DNA from: Myxococcota bacterium
Lineage (GTDB): Bacteria; Myxococcota; JACRCW01
Assembly (NCBI GenBank): GCA_040752415.1
Contig: JBFMGU010000213.1
Span: 1-17,917, forward strand
Direction of reading: 5' to 3'
DNA: 17,917 nt
The stretch's first letter is position 1. Each line of letters opens with the position of its first letter. Position numbers and translations under genes: made by a program. Below are positions 8,979-16,951 of this stretch, in pieces. Below the pieces are notes generated by a model. The model had not been told where the DNA came from. It did not search any database and saw only the letters and a list, made by a program, of their open reading frames with translations.

Positions 8979-9938
8979 ATGATTCTCCCCGCGGGTGAAA
9001 GCCTGGTGAATCCGCCCCGCATCCGCGGCGTGCCGGCCGCGCAGTACGCTGGTCATTGTCGACGCTGCGGCCGCGAACACCTCCTGCACAACGACGTGGC
9101 GCTCGCGCTCCAGACGCTGGACGCGCTGTTCACCCGCCTGCATGACACCGCGAATGACGAGGTGCGGGCCGCCCTGGATGCCTCGCGCGGCAAGATGGTG
9201 GGCGTGCTGGTGGGGCAGGGCGGGCAGGTGCTGACGTCGTTCTCCGGGGACCTGGGCGGTCGCGCGGAGTGGCCGGGTTGGGTGCCTCCCGTCGAGAAGC
9301 GTGAGCTGACCGCGCAGCTGGAGGCGGAGACGCTCGCGCGCATTGCCGCCATTGAGTTGGAGTTGGGCGCGTGTGACGTCGAGGGGGCGCGGCAGCGTCT
9401 GGCGGAAGTGGAAGCGGCGGTGCGCGAGGAGGCGGTTGCGCGTCGACGGCAACAGGCGGAAGAACGCGAAGCGCGGCGTGACCAGGTGGATGCGTGGGAG
9501 TGGGAACGGCAGAAACGCTCCGCGTGGCGGGAAGGGAAGCCTGCGCGCGAGGCCGCGCGAGCCCGCGTGGAATCGGCTCGGGATGCCGTGCGTGCGGTGG
9601 AAGAGAAGGTGCGCACGTTGCGAGAGTCTCGTCGGAACGCGTCCGCCACCTTGATGGCCGCCATGTTTGACGTCGTGGTCATGACCAGCGCGCGCGGAGA
9701 GCGCCGGCCGCTGCGCGAGGTCTTCGTTGGTGCGGGCATGCCCTCGGGGACGGGGCAGTGCGCGGTTCCCAAGCTGCTGCACGCCGCCAATCTCGCCGGC
9801 ATCCGCCCCGTGGCGATTGCGGAAGCGTGGTGGGGACCCACCGTCAACGGCCGCACCCACGGCGAGGTGCAGGCGCCGTGCGAGCGGAAGTGCCAGCCCA
9901 TCCTCGGATACCTCTTGTGTGGAGCCGACGGCCCATGA
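8979..9938 (+). CDS. TrcP-like N-terminal half: putative Zn-dependent cytidine deaminase domain with inserted long helical domain, 319 aa
   Basis: GKMVGVLV, SFSG..GG...WPGWVPPV, ~120 aa charged helical stretch ending RRNASATLMAAMF, then PSGTGQCAVPKLL (C261), AIAEAWWG and RTHG...PCERKCQPIL (C301, C305). These match my recollection of the N-terminal region of long RluA/TrcP proteins. Followed immediately by an RluA-family gene. Confidence 0.75.
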   Translation: MILPAGESLVNPPRIRGVPAAQYAGHCRRCGREHLLHNDVALALQTLDALFTRLHDTANDEVRAALDASRGKMVGVLVGQGGQVLTSFSGDLGGRAEWPGWVPPVEKRELTAQLEAETLARIAAIELELGACDVEGARQRLAEVEAAVREEAVARRRQQAEEREARRDQVDAWEWERQKRSAWREGKPAREAARARVESARDAVRAVEEKVRTLRESRRNASATLMAAMFDVVVMTSARGERRPLREVFVGAGMPSGTGQCAVPKLLHAANLAGIRPVAIAEAWWGPTVNGRTHGEVQAPCERKCQPILGYLLCGADGP

Positions 9939-10567
9939 GTCTCGTCGTGCTTCACCACGAAACGTCCTTCGCGATCATCGACAAGCCCCCGGACCTCCTC
10001 TCCTGTCCCGGGCGTGGCGACGACAAAGTGGACTCCGTGCAGACGCGGGTGCCGCAGGTGTTTCCGCACGCACGCGGCTCCATCCTGGTGCACCGGCTGG
10101 ATCAGCCCACGTCGGGCATCATGGTGGTGGCTCTCACTGTCGAGGCGCACCGGGAGCTGCGGCGTCAGTTCGAGGCTCACACGACGGAGAAGGCCTACGT
10201 GGCGGAGCTGGCCGGTGACGTGCGCGAAGATTCCGGGACCATCCAGCTTCCCTTCCGCGTGGACCTGGACAACCGGCCCTACCAGATCCTCGACGAGGTC
10301 CACGGCAAGATGGGCATCACGCACTGGCGCGTGCTCCGCCGTGACAGCGGACGGACGCGCGTGGAGTTCCGGCCGGAGACCGGGCGCACACACCAGCTTC
10401 GCGTGCACGCCGCGCACCCGCGTGGGCTGGGTTGTCCCATTGCCGGAGACCGCCTCTACGGTTCTCCCGACGACGCGCCGCGCCTCATGCTCCACGCGTG
10501 GCGCCTGGCGTTCGATCACCCGGACACGGGCGCGCGCTGCATCTTCGAGGCTCCGCTGCCTTTCTAG
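9935..10567 (+). CDS. RluA-family RNA pseudouridine synthase (TrcP C-terminal-like), 210 aa
   Basis: ATGA overlap with the upstream gene; GGAG at 9921-9924. DKPPDLLSCPG, VHRLDQPTSG (catalytic Asp56), KAYVA, TGRTHQLRVH, PIAGDRLYG, RLMLHAWRLAFDHP. Confidence 0.93.
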   Translation: MSLVVLHHETSFAIIDKPPDLLSCPGRGDDKVDSVQTRVPQVFPHARGSILVHRLDQPTSGIMVVALTVEAHRELRRQFEAHTTEKAYVAELAGDVREDSGTIQLPFRVDLDNRPYQILDEVHGKMGITHWRVLRRDSGRTRVEFRPETGRTHQLRVHAAHPRGLGCPIAGDRLYGSPDDAPRLMLHAWRLAFDHPDTGARCIFEAPLPF

Positions 10568-10764
10568 CGTCCTGGTGCGCTCACGCTTCGCGCCATTGTC
10601 AAGCCCACGCCCACGTTGCGCATGCAGGTTGGTCTTGTGCCGGAGCATGCGGAGAATGACGTCGACACGCCCGTAATTGTTCGCGTTTTCAGGCCCGCCG
10701 CGCGAGACCTTGCGCACGCTGGGAAAAGGACTAATGGGGCGCCTTCAAAGGAAGGAGAACACCC

Positions 10765-12669
10765 ATGGATGAACCTCCGGAACATCACTTCAAGCAACAG
10801 CAAGGCATCTCCAGCAACCTCGCTCGACTGACGATTGGCGCCCTCGGTGTGGTGTACGGCGACATCGGCACGAGCCCCCTGTACGCGATCAGGGAATGCT
10901 TCACGCCGCCGCACGGTGTTGCCACGAGCACGGAGAACGTGCTGGGCATCCTCTCGCTGATCACCTGGTCCCTGATCGTCGTCATCTCGATCAAGTACCT
11001 GGGCCTGGTGATGCGGGCCGACAACCAGGGTGAAGGCGGCATCCTCGCGCTCATGGCCCTGATCACGCGCGCACGACAAGGCTACTTCGCGCGCTACTTC
11101 ACCATCGCCTTTGGCATCTTTGGCGCGGCGCTCCTTTACGGCGACGGAGCCATCACGCCCGCCATCTCCGTGCTCTCGGCGGTGGAAGGACTGCACTACG
11201 TCACGCCGCTCTTCGACAGCTACGTGATCCCTATCGCGCTCGTCGTGCTCGTCGTCCTGTTTGGCGTGCAGCGACTGGGCACCGCCAGGGTGGCGGGCAT
11301 CTTCGGCCCGTACACGCTCGTGTGGTTCGCAACGCTGGGCCTGTTGGGCATCTGGCACATCGTGCAGGAGCCCGCGGTGCTGGATGCGTTGTCGCCCGCG
11401 TATGCCGTCATGTTCTTCTCCGAGCATGGTATGGCCGGCGTGGCGGTCCTCGGCTCGGTGTTTCTCGTCGTCACTGGCGGAGAGGCGCTGTACGCGGACA
11501 TGGGCCACTTTGGCCGCAGGCCCATCCGGCTGGCGTGGTTCTACGTGGCGCTGCCCGGACTGCTGCTGAACTACCTGGGCCAGGGCGCGCTGCTGCTGCG
11601 TGAGCCCGGTGCCATCGAGAATCCGTTCTTCCTGCTGGCACCCTCGTGGGCGCGCGCGCCATTGGTGCTCCTGGCCACCGGGGCCACCGTGATTGCGTCG
11701 CAGGCGGTGATCTCAGGTGCGTTCTCGCTGACGCGTCAGGCCGTGCAGCTTGGTTACCTGCCGCGGCTTGCCATCATCCACACGTCGTCGGAGGAGAGCG
11801 GGCAGATCTACGTGCCCATCGTGAACTGGGCGCTGCTCCTCGTCGTGATCGGGCTGGTGCTCGGGTTCAAGAGCTCCAGCGGGCTGGCCAGCGCCTACGG
11901 CATTGCGGTGACCACCACCATGGTGATCACCACCGCGCTCATGTTCTCCGTCACCACGCTGGTCTGGCGCTGGAACGGCTTGGTGGCGCTGGTGATCGTG
12001 TCGCTGCTGCTGGTGCCGGACACGCTGTTCTTCTTGGCCAACCTGACCAAGCTCAATGATGGTGGTTGGCTCCCCGTGCTGCTGGCCGCGGCCACGTACA
12101 TCCTGATGACCACGTGGCGACGTGGCCGTGAGCTCATGGCGGACCGTCTGCAACAAGCGGCCATGCCGTTGAACGTCTTCCTCGCGGACCTGGCGACGAG
12201 CAAGCCCATCCGGGTGCCGGGAACGGCGGTCTACATGACCAGCAACGCGGAAGGCGTGCCGCTCGCGCTGCTCCACAACATCAAGCACAACCGCGTGCTG
12301 CATGAGCGCGTGGTGCTTCTCACCATCCAGACCGCCGAGAACGTTCCCGTGGTGCCCGGGGACGAGCGCGTCACCGTCACGCGCTTCGAGCACGGCTTTG
12401 ACCGCATCGTGGCCCGCTATGGCTTCATGGAGGATCCCCGTCTCGCCGACGTGCTGTTGCACGCGCGTGAGCACGGACTGGAGCTGCGCGCGCCGGAGTG
12501 CACGTTCTTCCTGGGCCGGGAGACCATCCGGATTGGGAAGCGGCCGCACATGGCACGTTGGCGTGCCGCCATGTTCATCTGGCTGGCCCGCAATGCCCGA
12601 CGGGCGGACGCGTACTTCGGCATTCCTCCCAATCGCGTGATCGAGTTGGGCGCCCAGGTGGAGCTGTAG
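10765..12669 (+). CDS. kup: KUP/HAK/KT family potassium transporter, 634 aa
   Basis: GAAGGAGA RBS. ALGVVYGDIGTSPLY, ADNQGEGGILAL, YGDGAITPAISVLSAVEG, TGGEALYADMGHFG, ASQAVISGAFS, GQIYVP, YGIAV, RYGFME, FFLGRE, many transmembrane helices. Confidence 0.97.
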   Translation: MDEPPEHHFKQQQGISSNLARLTIGALGVVYGDIGTSPLYAIRECFTPPHGVATSTENVLGILSLITWSLIVVISIKYLGLVMRADNQGEGGILALMALITRARQGYFARYFTIAFGIFGAALLYGDGAITPAISVLSAVEGLHYVTPLFDSYVIPIALVVLVVLFGVQRLGTARVAGIFGPYTLVWFATLGLLGIWHIVQEPAVLDALSPAYAVMFFSEHGMAGVAVLGSVFLVVTGGEALYADMGHFGRRPIRLAWFYVALPGLLLNYLGQGALLLREPGAIENPFFLLAPSWARAPLVLLATGATVIASQAVISGAFSLTRQAVQLGYLPRLAIIHTSSEESGQIYVPIVNWALLLVVIGLVLGFKSSSGLASAYGIAVTTTMVITTALMFSVTTLVWRWNGLVALVIVSLLLVPDTLFFLANLTKLNDGGWLPVLLAAATYILMTTWRRGRELMADRLQQAAMPLNVFLADLATSKPIRVPGTAVYMTSNAEGVPLALLHNIKHNRVLHERVVLLTIQTAENVPVVPGDERVTVTRFEHGFDRIVARYGFMEDPRLADVLLHAREHGLELRAPECTFFLGRETIRIGKRPHMARWRAAMFIWLARNARRADAYFGIPPNRVIELGAQVEL

Positions 12670-12696
12670 TCCGCCGGTTCTCGACGAGACCGCGCG

Positions 12697-13974
12697 TCAT
12701 TCACCCTTCAAGCCGCGGATGAAGGCCTTGGCGCCACCCGCCAATCCCGCGGCCACATCCTTGCCCTTCGCTGCCAGGTCCTTCGCCGCGTCGGCGGCAA
12801 GGGCACCTGCTTCGGCGCTCTTCGCCGCGAGATCCTTGGCCGCATCCGCACCCCTGTCGGCGAGAACCGCGGCGGCATCCGCACCCTTGCCCGCCAGCTC
12901 CGACGTCACGGCGGCGCCTGACGCTGCCAGCGCCTTGCCCTTCTCCAGGCCATCCGTCGCAGCCCATCGTCCCGCGTCGCGCGCACCCTCGGCCATCACG
13001 TGCCCCAGCGACCCACCATGATCCGCCAACGCGGCACCCGCCTTCGCGCCCGCCTGCGCCGCCGCGCTTCCCAATGCCGCGCTTTTGTCGACGAGCGCCC
13101 GCGTCGTCTCTGACTGCGCCAGGGCCTGTGCGGCTTCACCCGTCTTCATCGCCAGGGCGCGCCCACCGTCGAGCGCGGCGCTTCCCAGCTCTGCGCTCTT
13201 GAGGGCGGCGGCGCGGGCGGCGTCCAGTCCGTCGGTGGCCAGGAACTGCCCGGCGGCTGCCGCGTGCGTGGCGCCCGCGCGAGCCAGCTCGGCACCTTTC
13301 TCCGTCGCCACTGCGCCTGCGGACGCCGCTGTCCGCGCTGCATCCGCGGCATGGGACCCCACCACCGCGCCCAGCTCCGCCGCGCTTCGCGCCGCTTCGG
13401 ATGCGTGCTGCGCCGCGTGGGTTGCCGCTTCTCCCAGACGAGCTCCCGCCTCTCGACTCCTCTCCGCCACGACGCGGGCAGCATCCTTGGCGTCCTGCGC
13501 AATCTCCTTCCGTCGGGCAAAGAGGTCCTTCATCTTCGCCGCGGCGCTACCTGCGGCGTTCTTCGCCAGCGTTGCGGTCTGCGCCGCCGCTTCCTTCGCC
13601 AGCTCTCCCGCCTCCGACGAGAGATCCTGCGCCAGGTCCTTCGCGCGTTCCCCCAATGCGTCGGCCGCCTCGCGTCCTTTCTCGAGCAGCGGGTCCTTCG
13701 CCGCGGCCATCTTCTGGGCCAGTGCTTCCGCGCCCTCGCGTGCGTGCTCCATGGCCACGCGACCCGCCTCCCCCGCCTTCTCCCCGACGACGTCGGCAGC
13801 CTGCGCGATCTTCTGTCCCGCCACTTCCGCTGCTGCCGCGCCGTCGAGTGCGACTTCCCGGACCGCCTTGCCAGCCTGGTAGGACCTCTCCTGCAGCTTC
13901 TGCCACCCCGGTCCTTCACCGGGCGCGTTGTCGACGGGAACGAGGGCTTCTTCCTTGGGATCCTTGGACGTCAT
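12697..13974 (-). CDS. Ala-rich amphipathic-helix repeat protein (LEA/apolipoprotein-like periodicity), 425 aa, unknown function
   Basis: ATG at 13974 with GGAG upstream. Almost entirely A/E/K/G/D/L with recurring 11-residue units (LAGKGADAAAV LADRGADAAKD LAAKSAEAGAL). No signal peptide. Confidence 0.75.
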   Translation of the reverse strand: MTSKDPKEEALVPVDNAPGEGPGWQKLQERSYQAGKAVREVALDGAAAAEVAGQKIAQAADVVGEKAGEAGRVAMEHAREGAEALAQKMAAAKDPLLEKGREAADALGERAKDLAQDLSSEAGELAKEAAAQTATLAKNAAGSAAAKMKDLFARRKEIAQDAKDAARVVAERSREAGARLGEAATHAAQHASEAARSAAELGAVVGSHAADAARTAASAGAVATEKGAELARAGATHAAAAGQFLATDGLDAARAAALKSAELGSAALDGGRALAMKTGEAAQALAQSETTRALVDKSAALGSAAAQAGAKAGAALADHGGSLGHVMAEGARDAGRWAATDGLEKGKALAASGAAVTSELAGKGADAAAVLADRGADAAKDLAAKSAEAGALAADAAKDLAAKGKDVAAGLAGGAKAFIRGLKGE

Positions 13975-14028
13975 GGGCGCTCCGTTGGCGGAATGCGTGG
14001 TGGGGAGCATGCCACACGGCGCGGGGGA

Positions 14029-15756
14029 TCACTCCTGGCATTTCGGCCCGTCGGCCTGGTTCTGGCCCAGGAAGCTGACCACCACTTCCGCGCCAACGGG
14101 CGGGACCCAGCTGCCGTGGAGCTTCACCGTCGTGCAGTCGTCGACGAGGGAGAATCCGTCGCATTCGACGTTGGGGTCACAACCGTCCACCTTGCACGGG
14201 CAACCGGTGCAGGACAGGTACTTCTCGCTCGCCCGGTCCCAACCCTCCGACCGCGCACCGGCCAGCGGCACCGACACGTAATCTCCGTCGTCACTCCGCT
14301 TGATCTGCACCACGAACTGGCGCGCGCTGGCCGGTTTTTCCCCCAGCGGGATGACGCCCGACTCGTTGATGAGGTTGGCGATGCGGATCATGGTGTCGGC
14401 GTAACTCTGGTTGCAGATGGAATCGAGGAGGAAGCTGCCCGGTTCCATGGCGCGCGCGAACTGGACGTAACGGTCGCCGGGATCGGCGGTGCAGCACTGC
14501 TGCGGTGGCGGCGTTTCCATGGTGGCGCTGTTGGGGAGGGAGCCGCAGAATTCATTGGGCTCCTGCGCGCCGCACACCGACGGAAACACGGAGCTCCCCC
14601 GCGGCGGATGACAGGCCGTGACCGGTGGCGCGTTGGCCGCATCACCATTGCAGCGACATCCCCCGCTGATGAACGTCCCATTGCCGTCATTGGTACCGGC
14701 AACGATGGCCGCCACGCTCACGAGTCCCGGCTCGGGTTTGAGCGCGCGGAGGAACGCAGAGAACTCCTCGACGGGACGCAGCTGTTCCGGTTCCGCGTAG
14801 CACCGGTTGGCGTCTCCCTGGGCGGACTCGATGCCCCCTTCGGCGTCGAAGTGCGTGCAGTCCTCCTCGTCGGAGAGCACGATGGTCACCAGCTTGGGCG
14901 TGGGCCCCATGCGCGGCTGCCCATCCGGTCCCACCTGGCACGCCGTCCCACCGTCGACCTTGAGGCACTGCGCCTGTCGCAGGAACTGGCTTCGCTCCGC
15001 TTCGCAGCTGGTCGCGGCGGCGGGAATGTCCGGTGACAGGAAGCTCTTGACGGAGTCCAGCCCTTCCTCCACGCCACTTCCGCACACGCCAATGTTCTGG
15101 ATGGTCTCCCGGAACTTGCGCGCAATGAAGGCAATGTCTCCGTCGGTGGGACGGATGATGCGCGGCTCGTTCACGCCCAGGCGGCCCTGCAGGCATCCCC
15201 GCTGCGGCACGCCCTCGGTGCGCCCGCTGGGAATGGGGGCGGTGCAGGCGGCCGCGCCCAGCGCCAGGTCCGCGTCTCCGTCGTCGGTGGTGATGATGCC
15301 GATCTGGAAGTCGTTGTCGAACAGCAGGAGCCGCTCAATGAAGCCGCAGTCATCCAGGGTGTCCTTGAACTGCCTTCCCGTTCCGCCCAGCTGCGCCTCC
15401 CACTGTTCCGGCGGCAGCCCCCGACCTTCCCCCTCCAGCATGAACCGCTTGAGCTCCGCCACCTTCTGCGCGGTGTTGCAGTCATTGGCGGGATCACAAT
15501 CCATACCGTTCTCGCAGATGCTCGACGCATTCCTGCGCAGGTTCTCCTGCTCCTCGCTCATGGAGCCGGAGTTGTCGATGACGAAGAGGATGTCCGCGGC
15601 GCGCTGCACGTCGATCTTCTTGGGCACCTGCACCGTGCGACACGCCTGCGGAACGGGCGGCAGGAACACGCTGTCCTGGCACACCAGCTCCGGGCAGGCC
15701 ACCAGCATGGAGAGCAGGGCAACGGCAACCGGGACACCCAACCTGCGACGGATCAT
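14029..15756 (-). CDS. Cys-rich von Willebrand factor A (MIDAS) domain lipoprotein, 575 aa
   Basis: GGAGG RBS then ATG 15756. MIRRRLG-hydrophobic-LVAC lipobox. DILFVIDNSGSMSEEQ (DxSxS MIDAS), FQIGIITTD, GSGVEEGL, IVLSDEEDC, DSICNQSY; many cysteines. Confidence 0.85.
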   Translation of the reverse strand: MIRRRLGVPVAVALLSMLVACPELVCQDSVFLPPVPQACRTVQVPKKIDVQRAADILFVIDNSGSMSEEQENLRRNASSICENGMDCDPANDCNTAQKVAELKRFMLEGEGRGLPPEQWEAQLGGTGRQFKDTLDDCGFIERLLLFDNDFQIGIITTDDGDADLALGAAACTAPIPSGRTEGVPQRGCLQGRLGVNEPRIIRPTDGDIAFIARKFRETIQNIGVCGSGVEEGLDSVKSFLSPDIPAAATSCEAERSQFLRQAQCLKVDGGTACQVGPDGQPRMGPTPKLVTIVLSDEEDCTHFDAEGGIESAQGDANRCYAEPEQLRPVEEFSAFLRALKPEPGLVSVAAIVAGTNDGNGTFISGGCRCNGDAANAPPVTACHPPRGSSVFPSVCGAQEPNEFCGSLPNSATMETPPPQQCCTADPGDRYVQFARAMEPGSFLLDSICNQSYADTMIRIANLINESGVIPLGEKPASARQFVVQIKRSDDGDYVSVPLAGARSEGWDRASEKYLSCTGCPCKVDGCDPNVECDGFSLVDDCTTVKLHGSWVPPVGAEVVVSFLGQNQADGPKCQE

Positions 15757-15826
15757 GACGAGCACCTCCGCCCCTCAGCGGAGTCCAGCGGAGGTACGAT
15801 TGCATCGGACGCCGGCCTGATGGGTG

Positions 15827-16117
15827 TTACTCGCGGCTTAGCCCGCACTCCGCCCAACGCTGCTCCTCCAGGTCGCGACATTCGCACTGCGCGTAGAAGC
15901 CCTGGCACGCAATGCGTTGCGGATTGTCGAGGTCACGTTGGCCCGCCTGCAGCTTGGCTTCACGGCTGCACGCCTGTCGCTCCACGTCGGTGGGCAGGCA
16001 GGAGCAGATCTTCTCGGCGAGCATCTCGCACGGGTTGATACAGCTGGAGCCCATGGTCATCAGGGCCAGGCCCGACTGCGCAGCACGGAGCCGGACTCGA
16101 CGCGGAAAGGTGAGCAT
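15827..16117 (-). CDS. Small Cys-rich putative lipoprotein, ~96 aa
   Basis: Arg-rich N-terminus, weak hydrophobic stretch, GSSC, then eight more Cys (NPCEMLAEKICSC...C...C...CEC...CGL). Co-oriented with the vWA lipoprotein. Start position uncertain. Confidence 0.65.
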   Translation of the reverse strand: MLTFPRRVRLRAAQSGLALMTMGSSCINPCEMLAEKICSCLPTDVERQACSREAKLQAGQRDLDNPQRIACQGFYAQCECRDLEEQRWAECGLSRE

Positions 16118-16232
16118 CACCCGCAGCAACGCGCCGGGCGCGCGCCTCGTTGCAGCAGGCATGCAACCTGGCCACCAGGGGATGTTGTCCTGCCTGGTGT
16201 GTCGACGTAGGTTGCCCGGACGGAGGTGGTGG

Positions 16233-16769
16233 ATGAGGAACGTTTCGCGCAGCTTCGTGGTGTTTACGGCGTGGCTGGGGCTGTCCTGCACCACGTCGGG
16301 CAGTGCCGCGCCGGTGTGCTCCTTCGCGGACCTGGTGCCGCCCACAACCCCGTGCAACCAGTTCCCCGACAGTGCCTTCGAGGGCGTGTGCGTCGTGGAC
16401 TGCCTCGGCAACGTGTTTCCCGAGGATCACGGGGAGAAGATGCTGGACGTCCCGGACCAGCGCTTCCTCGCGGTGATCTTCACGCCCCATCCCGGGCAGG
16501 AGCTGGATCCACGCCGCGCCGTCAACGCGTTCGTGGGGCGCAACAACATCAACGGCCCCGACTGCTGCCCGGAGAACAGCGGCAACAACCGGGTCCGCGT
16601 CGAGACCTCGCTGACGGAGGACGGGAGCCTGTTCGTGAAGATTGACCACCTGATGGAAGGCCCCGTGCAGTTCTCCGTCCTGCAGGACTTCGGCGACGTC
16701 GGTGGCGGCCGTGCCGGCTACGCGTTCCGCGCGTACTCGGGTGGAGAGCCCGCGCCGCTGGGCTTCTAG
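16233..16769 (+). CDS. Hypothetical lipoprotein, 178 aa
   Basis: GGAGG at 16222-16226, ATG 16233. MRNVSRSFVVFTAWLGLSC signal/lipobox. Cys pairs and a beta-rich C-terminal part; strong GC3 bias. Confidence 0.75.
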   Translation: MRNVSRSFVVFTAWLGLSCTTSGSAAPVCSFADLVPPTTPCNQFPDSAFEGVCVVDCLGNVFPEDHGEKMLDVPDQRFLAVIFTPHPGQELDPRRAVNAFVGRNNINGPDCCPENSGNNRVRVETSLTEDGSLFVKIDHLMEGPVQFSVLQDFGDVGGGRAGYAFRAYSGGEPAPLGF

Positions 16770-16915
16770 GCTGGCCTACGCCCACGCCGTCGCTGCGCGG
16801 CGCCCTCAGGAAGCCCCTGGCCCCCACCGGGTTCCGCCCGCGCCCAGGCCGTGACGCACCTCGTCGTCAATCCCCGTGGCCGCGCCCTCGCCGCAGCCCC
16901 CCGGTCCCGGGGCCG

Positions 16916-16945
16916 TTGCGATCCAATCTTTCAAGGTGCTACACG
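16916..16945 (+). promoter_or_regulatory. Candidate sigma70-type promoter
   Basis: TTGCGA (16916-16921), an 18-nt AT-enriched spacer ending TGC, then TACACG (16940-16945; extended -10-like, last base non-consensus). The implied start (~16951-16952) coincides with the 5' end of the long stem. Confidence 0.35.
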
Positions 16946-16951
16946 CCGCGC

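Noticed and set aside
9915..9940. Programmed -1 frameshift fusing the deaminase-like and RluA ORFs
   Set aside because: The frames differ by -1, but there is no X XXY YYZ slippery heptamer and the downstream gene has its own GGAG and ATG. A sequencing indel still needs read-level exclusion.
10568..10764. c-di-AMP (ydaO) or other ion-related riboswitch upstream of kup
   Set aside because: No GAAUCC...GGAACC...GUCAGCUAAC-like consensus; only a short CGCATGC/GCATGCG repeat that could be chance.
12675..12692. Bidirectional terminator between kup and the Ala-rich gene
   Set aside because: Only a ~7-bp bulged stem with a 3-nt loop and no U-tract.
14029..15756. Assigning the symbol cglB to the vWA lipoprotein
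   Set aside because: This vWA lipoprotein type has many paralogs in myxobacteria; orthology cannot be established by eye.
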